Of a stretch of 64,000 bases of DNA, positions 55,290-64,000 are shown piece by piece. Location of the stretch: the NCBI GenBank assembly GCA_964016885.1, contig OZ024745.1, positions 73,284,001 through 73,348,000 on the forward strand, read 5' to 3'. The DNA comes from Eledone cirrhosa (Eukaryota). Position numbers and translations under genes: made by a program. Within the stretch, counting starts at the first letter, position 1, and every line of letters starts with the position of its first letter. The notes under the pieces are model-generated. The model worked only from the letters and a program-made list of their open reading frames with translations. It ran no database searches and was not told where the DNA came from.

Positions 55290-55940
55290 ATAAGTTATTC
55301 CGGGTTGAATCGGAGGTAACCACAGTAAGTAAGGTACTCAATACATAGCAGAGTATAAAAGTTTTAATATAGAAGAGCTTCTACAGGACTAGAACTGTTT
55401 CATTCGTGAGAAATCATCAGGGAGCTGGCTATCCAAGTAAGTAGTGGTATTTATATCTTTTCTTTTCTGGTAGTAGGAGAGGGTCGGATTGGGATGGGTG
55501 GAGGTCATTGGTTGAAGGATTTAAAGAAAAGGGAGTTCATTAAAAGCTAATTCTTTAAAGCTATAGTATTAACAAAGGCAGAAAGAATACTGTAAACAAA
55601 ATCAAATTTGGAATACCAATCCTAGTTTATCACTTAGACTAACAATGCCTGTAAGAAAGGTGTCTACAGGATGGGTGGGGTTCAATGGTTTAAAGAAAAG
55701 GAAAATTCTTTAGAAGCTAATTCTTTAAGGCTGGAATAAGGGTGACAAAGGCAGAAAGGGTTCCATCAACAGATTCAAGTGTTGGGGTGATTCCCCTTAT
55801 TGTGAAGTTTCTCTTAATATATATTCCAGGTGTCGACAAGCACATTCACACACTCGCCCACTTACACACGTACACACACATACACGCACACACACACAGG
55901 CAGGGACACACACAACAAACATACATAATGGTACATACAC
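55290..55940 (-). mobile_element. pLTR-like HHR element; inverted partner at ~60270-60690
   Basis: Reverse-complement match to 60270-60690 except an internal ~175-bp duplicated block. Confidence 0.72.
55376..55426 (-). ncRNA. Type I HHR
   Basis: agctcc CTGATGA t ttc tcac gaa t GAAA cag ttctagtc ctg TA gaagct. Confidence 0.65.
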
Positions 55941-55944
55941 ACGT

Positions 55945-57040
55945 CATTTTAAGACCCGCTGGTATGCCCATACCCATTCTTTCAGAAGACCGGACAAATC
56001 AAATCAGACAACACTCGCCTCCTATGTCTGGGACCTCAAAAGGAACTCCACTTCCTTCACGCTTAAATGGAAAATACTCCAGAAAGCGCGCTCATACAAG
56101 GGAGGACACAAGTGCTGCGACCTTTGTATCTCAGAGAGCTACGAAATATTATTTGTCAAGGGCCCGCTACTGAACAATCTCCCTGAACACTGCCCGAATT
56201 GCATGCACAAAAACTTTTCAACTTTCAAATACCTCAAGCCAGTGTTAATGCCAGATGGCTAAAAAAGATTCCCTTTTAAAAAAAAAAAAACCCCACGCGC
56301 ATCAGAAAACCTAATATATGTATTAACTTGCTCAGGTTGTCGAGAACAATACATAGGCCAGACTAAGAACAGCCTCCGCCAACGCATGACTGTCCATAGA
56401 TCCCAAATCAAAATACGGGAATACAGAAAAATACCGCTGAGTGAACACATTAATACCTGTGCCGCCCAAAATCATCCCACCTTTAGAATCTTTCCCCTCT
56501 ACAAATTTAAAGATAATGCCACCCACACCCAGCGCATCAGCAAGGAATCTCACTTAAATAACAAATACGGACCCCGTCTAAACACTTCTCCCTAAGACGA
56601 ACCCACAACATACACACGTCCACATACATACCTACATCAACATACATCCTACATACATTTCTATCCACAAGTATCCCATACGGCAGGGCCTAATAGATTC
56701 CCTTGCAGTACGTACAATCTGGAGACTCTCACGCACACTTTGGTGTCATTACAATCCTATACATCATTTCACCTCTTTTATTATTGAACATTCACGTGAC
56801 TTCTACCGACCAATCAAAATTATAATGCTTATTCACATGACATTCAACAACCAACCAAATCACGAACGCTCTATCTCAAAATTATTTTTGAAAAGCATTT
56901 GAAATGCGCAACCGGTAAAAAACTTACAACTAAACACTGAATACTAACCATTACTTATTACTAATTTATACTTATTCCTCATTAAACTATTTTTCACTGG
57001 AAAAAATCTGTCAGCATTTTCTTTTCCTTTTTACTAATAT
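55945..57040 (+). mobile_element. Decayed PLE 3' fragment (GIY-YIG) with pLTR
   Basis: NLIYVLTCSGCREQYIGQTKNSLRQRMTVH...EH..C..F.IFPLYK at ~56305-56595. Confidence 0.75.
56885..56920 (+). ncRNA. HHR-like motif, U3-A8 core with GCAA
   Basis: ttt TTGAAAA gcattt g aaatgc GCAA ccgg TA aaa; same family at 61311-61347 and 61422-61458. Confidence 0.45.
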
Positions 57041-57215
57041 ATATAGAATTAGTACATTTACCAACATATGTGTACAGATGTTCACCTATGCTAGCAAATA
57101 TATATGTTATGTCTTAGTACCTGTGTAGTTCTATGCAGGGGGATGCAGAACAATTATATGAAAGACGTAAAATAAGAAAATTTAAAAAATTAAAAATCAA
57201 CTTACTAAAATTTTC

Positions 57216-57297
57216 ACTCCAACTAATTAGTTTCTGTAAGGGGATAAATATAGTTACATAATATAACTATAGAGAATTCCTTACGTCATCAGGGAGT
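57216..57297 (-). ncRNA. Type I HHR (also 57754-57835, -)
   Basis: Reverse complement of 57888-57969. Confidence 0.75.
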
Positions 57298-57887
57298 CTA
57301 TTCTCAGCTAAGTTCCCAGGCGATGCGCGGACACTAGGAACCCATATAAAAATAATAATAATTCAGTGGATGGAATAAAGCTAGCGAGGACTAAATTCCG
57401 GAGCATCGACAAAATTCACTGCCTCTGGTCAGTGGCAGATTCTAAAGAATCAATCACGTGACACTGAGGTTAATCAGTTAGAAGCGGGGTGGTATTATGA
57501 CAAGAGCCTACTACTACCATGAATCAGCAGTAAATTTTGGCAAGTTTTGCTCAACAAATAATTTGGAGCTAAATATAGAGAATTAGTACATTTACCAACA
57601 TATGTGTACAGATGTTCACCTATGCTAGCAAATATATATGTTATGTCTTAGTACCTTTGTGGTTCTATGCAGGGGGATGCAGAACAATTATATGAAAGAC
57701 GTAAAATAAGAAAATTTTAAAAATTAAAAATCAACTTACTTACTAAAATTTTCACTCCAACTAATTAGTTTCTGTAAGGGGATAAATATAGTTACATAAT
57801 ATAACTATAGAGAATTCCTTACGTCATCAGGGAGTCTATTTTACGTCTTTCATATAATTGTTCTGCATCCCCCTTAGCTGAGAATAG

Positions 57888-57969
57888 ACTCCCTGATGAC
57901 GTAAGGAATTCTCTATAGTTATATTATGTAACTATATTTATCCCCTTACAGAAACTAATTAGTTGGAGT
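57888..57969 (+). ncRNA. Type I HHR
   Basis: actcc CTGATGA c gtaagg..ccttac a GAAA ctaattag TT ggagt; palindromic ACTAATTAGT. Confidence 0.78.
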
Positions 57970-58021
57970 GAAAATTTTAGTAAGTTGATTTTTAATTTTT
58001 AAAATTTTCTTATTTTACGTC

Positions 58022-58087
<66 letters not shown>

Positions 58088-58093
<6 letters not shown>

Positions 58094-59908
58094 ATACTTG
58101 GGGAGGGTCATATTTGCGTAATATTGCCAGAATTAATAACAGAACACACTCACTGTTTGGTTGGTTTTCGCTTCTCGCTGTCTTTTATATCTGCGATCTA
58201 ACTTACTCGGTCCTCAATGTTGCCATTGACTGACCGTCGGTCAAAAATAATACAGATACAATATAGACACAAACACATATATATAATTTACATAATTTAC
58301 ATAAATCTTTCGTTGCACATCTGCAACATCGTCAGTGGTGTTATATTCTTTGTTCCTCCTGTTGTGTTGTATGTCTACGCCATTTTTTTTTTATTCAGTC
58401 TGTCTATATATTTATTTATTTATTTGCTTGTTTGTTTATCTTATTTTATTTTGTCTTCTTTGCGCATGCGTTTGCGTGTGTGTATAGTGTTATGTGTGCT
58501 GTGTGACTAGTGTGTATAGTGTTGTGTCTGCTGGGTGACTAGTGTGTGTTTATGTGCTTGTTGTTATTGTGCTTGTGTATGTATTTATTTATCTTATTTT
58601 ATTTTATTTTATTTACTTATTTATACTTCTCTTAGGTCAGTGTTGTTTGTTTGGGTGTTGTTGTTGTTCCACTCATTCTTTCTGTTTAGCTTTGGTCTTC
58701 TAATTTCTATTTCACTGGCCTCTCTGATTTGCCTATCTGCTGGGTCATTCCTATGTTTAGATATTATTCTAATTTCTATGCTGTCTATGTTACCGTCATG
58801 TTGTTGTCTAGCATGTTCGTATAGTACTGACCCGTTTTTTCGTCCTTTTAGTTCCCCCCAGTGTTGGTCTATCCTTTCACCTATGCTACGAGCTGTCTCA
58901 CCTATGTATGTTGTTGTCATGTTTCTGCAAGTACCCTCTGTACATCTTATGCTATAGACTACGTTTCTAGTTTAACAGTTTATCCGGGGGTTCACCTTAC
59001 ATATGATACATTTCCTATTGGTACAGTGGGTTTTCTTAAAAGGGTAGGTTTTGCTGATCATGGATTTTATGGTGGTTCCTGGCTTTTCTACCACCTTTAT
59101 TTTTAAGTGGGTCTTTCTCAGGGCCTTTCTACACTGGTTAGCTAATTTCCCTCCAGGGGTGGCGTCCACAAACATGACACTCTGATATCTCTGGTTGTCG
59201 TACCATGATGTGGCCTTCCCTATCTTATGTCTAGCCCTATCTAAGCTATTCCATGATTTGCTCCTGTATAGTGGGCAAATTCCTTTCATGTCCTGTTCTA
59301 TGAGGGTCTTATACTTTTCCATGGCTCCTTCGTATACTCTGACTCTGTCTCTTTGGTTGTAGCCAGAGAACTGCATGCGGTTGATGAAGTGTTGGATGTG
59401 TCTTTCCATTTCTGTTAGGTCGCACATGCTGGACACATTCTTCATCACTCGTACCAAATCTGCGATCAGAATATTAAACTTAGCACTACTGGACATTGCT
59501 GAGTTTTTGAGTATCAGGTATTTGGAGGCCATGGGTTTAGCATAGTGTGAGTGGAGAATTTGGGCTCTCTCGTCTATAGTGTTAATCCAGAGTTCTGTGT
59601 CTAATACAGGTAGTCTATTGTTAGGGTGTTTGGAAGGGAAGTCGATAGTTACAGTTATACTCTGGTGTATGGAATTAGCTATCTGCTGGATGCTTTCCAT
59701 CGTGCTACGTTCTAAATCAAACTTGTTAGTGCTCTCTAGTGGGGGTGTTCTTATAACTATATTGATATCGTCTACATAACGAGAGTACATGATGAGGTCT
59801 ATGGAGCTTTCATTAAGGAGATCTTTAAGTCTCCTTTCCCACCATACCATGAAAAGGTTGGCAACATCACCAGCTATGCTGACGCCGATGGCTGCTCCCT
59901 CATTTTGG

Positions 59909-59910
<2 letters not shown>
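58088..59910 (-). mobile_element. Penelope-like element, 5'-truncated in RT, both ends in (TA)n; relative of 9764-10803
   Basis: RT + GIY-YIG ORF; HHR-like motif at ~58298-58339 (CTGACGA t gttgca gatg tgcaac GAAA); terminus gaccctccccaagtataacaa. Confidence 0.85.
58621..59910 (-). pseudogene. PLE RT + GIY-YIG with one premature TAA at 58972
   Basis: Q.EGAAIG.S...[41 protein letters not shown]. Confidence 0.85.
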
Positions 59911-59958
<48 letters not shown>

Positions 59959-59965
59959 GTATGCA

Positions 59966-60038
<73 letters not shown>

Positions 60039-60159
60039 CTATGTATGTATGTATGTATGTATGTATGTATGTATGTATGTGTATATATGTGCGTACGCGT
60101 GTCTATATGTATGTATATGTGTACGTTTGAATGTGTGTATGCGTGTGTATGCATGAGAG

Positions 60160-60211
<52 letters not shown>

Positions 60212-60620
60212 CGTATGTATGTACACATATTTGTATGTATATATATATATGTGTATATATTTGTATATGTGTATGTGTGTATGTACCATTATGTATGTTT
60301 GTTGTGTGTGTGCCTGCCTGTGTGCGTGTGCGTGTATGTGTGTGTACCAGAGTAAGTGGGCGAGTGTGTGAATGTGCTTGTCGACACCTGGAATATATAT
60401 TAAGAGAAATTTCACAATATGGGAATCACCCCAACACTTGAATCTATTGATGGAACCCTTTCTGTCTTTGTCACCCTTATTCCAGCCTTAAAGAATTAGC
60501 TTTTAATGAACTCCCTTTTCTTTAAATCCTTCAACCAATGGCCTCCACCCATCCCAATCCCCACCCTCTCCTACCACCAGAAAAGAAAAGATATAAATAC
60601 CACTACTTACTTGGACAGCC

Positions 60621-60671
60621 AGATCCCTGATGATTTCTCACGAATGAAACAGTTCTAGTCCTGTAGAAGCT
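60621..60671 (+). ncRNA. Type I HHR (inverted partner of 55376-55426)
   Basis: CTGATGA tttctcacgaat GAAA cag..ctg TA; weaker stem I. Confidence 0.55.
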
Positions 60672-60871
60672 GTTCCATATTAAAACTTATATATATATAT
60701 ACAAATAAATATTTTATTTTATTTCGGCTCCTTATCTGTTGAGCTAATAAAAATGAGTGTAAATAGGTTATTATTTCTAGCATAACCACTCGCACCGCAT
60801 ATGACTTTCAACGCACGAGGTGTAAACTTTAGTGAATTTATCGGTATGGGTGTTATGTAACGTTTAGTCTT

Positions 60872-60963
60872 ATCTCTCGCTGACGAAATGCCTACGGATT
60901 ACTTGTTACAAACACGATTCATTCAGGGCGAAACGGATTAAATCTTTAGTCTGTCCGGGAGAT
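60872..60963 (+). ncRNA. Type I HHR with long stem III
   Basis: atctctcg CTGACGA aat gcc..ggc GAAA cggattaaa tc tttagtctg TC cgggagat. Confidence 0.68.
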
Positions 60964-61113
60964 GAAATGGTTATTGATATGGTATTTATGAGAAATCTTG
61001 TAAGAAATCTTGTAACATCCCATATGATTCAGGTTGAATGATATATAACATTTGTGGTGTAATCTACCCTCGTAATTTTAGACATGGGTTTACTGTGTTT
61101 ACTTCTACACATA

Positions 61114-61153
<40 letters not shown>

Positions 61154-61182
61154 AAAGAATAGAGGTGTAACACACAAGTTAT

Positions 61183-61576
61183 TATATATTGGTAAACGGA
61201 ATAGAAAATGCTGACAAATTGTTCACAGTTGAAAAATGGTTTAATTAGGAATAAAAGAGTATTAGTGATTGTATGGGTTAGTATTCAGTTGTGGTTTTAA
61301 GTTTTTAAGTTTTTACCGGTTGCGCATTTCTAAATGCTTTTCAAAAATAATTTTGAGATAGAGTGTCCGTGCTGTTTGCTCTGATCTGAGCAAACAGCAC
61401 GGACACTCTATCTCAAAATTATTTTTGAAAAGCATTTAGAAATGCGCAACCGGTAAAAACTTAAAAACTTAAAACCACAACTGAATACTAACCCATACAA
61501 TCACTAATACTCTTTTATTCCTAATTAAACCATTTTTCAACTGTGAACAATTTGTCAGCATTTTCTATTCCGTTTA

Positions 61577-61586
<10 letters not shown>
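61183..61586. mobile_element. Perfect ~200-bp-arm palindrome of pLTR with two U3-A8 HHR-like motifs
   Basis: Arms meet at the 6-nt loop tgatct (61382-61387). Confidence 0.85.
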
Positions 61587-61645
<59 letters not shown>

Positions 61646-61677
61646 AGATCAAAAGATGGTTAAAGGAGTTCCATATA

Positions 61678-61744
61678 TTTTATTATGCGCATTTCAAAAA
61701 CAAACATCATCAAGCAATAATATTTGTGTTTTCATCAGATAAAA
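61678..61744 (-). ncRNA. Type I HHR in pLTR
   Basis: ttttat CTGATGA aaacacaaata..tgtttgttttt GAAA tgcgca TA ataaaa. Confidence 0.72.
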
Positions 61745-62731
61745 CAGGAGAACATGATATGAAGGCTAAAAAACACTTGTTGATAGTGCAGTTTTAAATC
61801 AACATATGAAAAGTGGTTTTAGATTGATGTGTGATATTGGGAAAAATATTTTATTTAGAGAGGGGGGGGGGGAAGGATGAGAAGGGAAGGGGATGAGAGG
61901 GAGAGATGGGTGATAGAGAGAAAGAGATAGTTTTTATAACTGAGAGGAGATATATTTTTTATATAGAGGGGTTGAAAACCGTTGGAAGATACTGTATAAA
62001 TTAAAAATTTTGAAAATTAACGAAGGGAGGATATGTGCGAGGAAAAATATTTTATTTAGGGAGGGGGGGGGGAAGGATGAAAAAAAGGGGGAGGAGATGA
62101 GAGTGAAGGTGGAGAGGGAGAGATGGGTGATAGAGAGAAAGAGATAGTTTTTATAACTGAGAAAAAGATATATTGTTTTAATATAGAGAGGTTGGGAACC
62201 GTTGGAAGATAATGTATAAATTAAAGGAATTTGAAAATTAACGAAGGGAAATTATGTATGAAGATAGAGAGAAGAAAATAATAATTGTGGGTGAATATTC
62301 TAACGTCAAAAGAAGAAATGTATGTATTGTGGCTATTTCAAAATTAGCGAAGAGAGAAATGTTAAGGTTTATGTGTAGAAGGATTTGAGAAAAATAATGT
62401 GAAGTTAAAGTTTGTATATTGAATTCATATGTATTAATAATGAGTTCGTTGATGGGGAGAAAAAAATAAATAATAATAAATTAAGGATGAAATTGAGATT
62501 AAAAAGATTTATGATAGAGAGAAAAAATAATAATGATTGCGGATGAATATTCAAAAAGTCAAAAACAAATGTTATTGTTTTACGAGAAGATAGAATGAGG
62601 GTAATGAGTAAACGAGTATTATAGAGTGTATAATGCCCTTTAAAGTAAGGTAAGGTAGATGGGTATATTTTAAAGAGGTGTATGTATATGTGCCTTTGAG
62701 AAAAGATTCTAAATTGATAAAGAATTGAATA

Positions 62732-63640
62732 TTAACTGTATACTTTGTGAAAAGTTCTATGGAATTTATGCAGGCAGATAGAAAACAAATCTGAGCGTCT
62801 ATTTATTATGGATTCTAGGTTAGAGATAATGGTAAATTTTTCATTTAGGCAGAGATTACAGATTTTAGATAGAGAGCTGTTCAAGTATGAGGATGCAGAA
62901 GAAATCTTTTTCCAAAAGATGCTATATTTAATGTTTTTGTCTTTTAAGGACCATATGAGTTCTGAGAGAGCAGTGTTAGTTCTTTTAAGTTTGTATTTGA
63001 AAGATGAATGATGATTATAGAGACGAGCTTTAAAAGAGGTGGAAGTGGAGCCAAAATAGGTGAAGGAATTGGTGCTAGTTATAATTTTACATTCATAAAT
63101 TAAGTTTTTATCGAGGCAATGGTTGTTGAGAGGACATTTATTTTTAATGCGGCAGTTGCAATTAGAGAGATTATTAATGAGTGATCTAGTGTTATCTATA
63201 GAAGGAATTGGATTGGAGAAGTTGTTTGCGATAGGAATAATAGGAATAATAGTTTCTTGATTTAGAGTTGGATTATGAACATTTAGCGAAGTTGTGTTTG
63301 ACGTTGTATTTGGGTTTACAGAAGTTAGCCTAGGGTTTACAATGACGTCGGGAGTACTATTACTGTTATTATGAAATTCAATATTGGAAGGAAGAGATTT
63401 AGTATTTAATATTTTGTTGTTGTGTTTAGAGATGATGTTGGAAATATTGGAGGATGTAGAATACGAAAATTTGATGGTGTGTTTGTTAAATATTTTACTA
63501 TAGATATGTGAGGGAGGGAAGCATTTATTTAAGACACTAAAAAATAATTTAGGAATATTGTTATTAATAGAGATGGAGAAAGGAGCATTATACCAGATTA
63601 TGTTTTTGTATCTAGGTCTTTTATTAAAATTATTGGAATG
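62732..63640 (-). pseudogene. PLE linker + GIY-YIG (no ATG, absent from ORF track)
   Basis: Hand translation: IIWYNAPFS..KFSYST..LIYECKI..YFGSTSTSFKARLYNH..ICNLCLNE; homologous to 48120-49160. Confidence 0.75.
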
Positions 63641-64000
63641 GTTATGAACAGCTCATACTTGAACAGCTCTCTATCTAAAATCTGTAATCTCTGCCTAAAT
63701 GAAAAATTTACCATTATCTCTAACCTAGAATCCATAATAAATAGACGCTCAGATTTGTTTTCTATCTGCCTGCATAAATTCCATAGAACTTTTCACAAAG
63801 TATACAGTTAATATTCAATTCTTTATCAATTTAGAATCTTTTCTCAAAGGCACATATACATACACCTCTTTAAAATATACCCATCTACCTTACCTTACTT
63901 TAAAGGGCATTATACACTCTATAATACTCGTTTACTCATTACCCTCATTCTATCTTCTCGTAAAACAATAACATTTGTTTTTGACTTTTTGAATATTCAT

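Larger units (their letters stand above)
57040..58028. mobile_element. Second retrozyme-like element: ~535-bp tandem unit (1.5 copies, -) plus inverted partial copy (+)
   Basis: 57040-57300 is repeated at 57575-57839; inverted arm ~57840-58028; three HHRs; ends in (TA)n. Confidence 0.8.
61645..64000 (-). mobile_element. Penelope-like element 3' part with inverted arm (continues beyond window)
   Basis: GIY-YIG frame at 62732-~63640; 63653-64000 is the reverse complement of ~62543-62890; HHR at 3' end. Confidence 0.82.

Noticed and set aside
58972-58974. Programmed readthrough or selenocysteine in PLE ORF
   Set aside because: The stop is TAA, replacing the Lys (AAA) seen in the related copy at ~9943; a simple nonsense mutation.

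Overview
AT-rich eukaryotic (animal) genomic DNA. The SINE and LINE content suggests a cephalopod/Octopus-like genome (inference). The window is almost entirely repetitive: very long compound (TA)n microsatellites into which non-LTR retroelements are stacked. These include CR1-like, RTE, Tx1/L1 and R4/Dong-like LINEs, tRNA-derived SINEs, and at least six Penelope-like element (PLE; RT plus C-terminal GIY-YIG) copies or fragments. Most long ORFs in the ORF track (IYIYMY...) are microsatellite artefacts. The main signal is RNA-level: by eye I find about 41 minimal type I hammerhead ribozyme (HHR) motifs of many different sequence families, mostly with palindromic stem III. Fourteen lie in a 6.6 kb non-coding array of ~470-bp monomers at 35772-42349 (3 reverse + 11 forward) that looks like a retrozyme integrated by rolling-circle reverse transcription. 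Many HHR elements share one architecture: two arms joined head-to-head through a template-switch scar, with the 3' ends pointing outward into (TA)n. Two families carry a compensatory U3-A8 core. The only host-gene signal is a candidate first coding exon at 23552-23605 (-).
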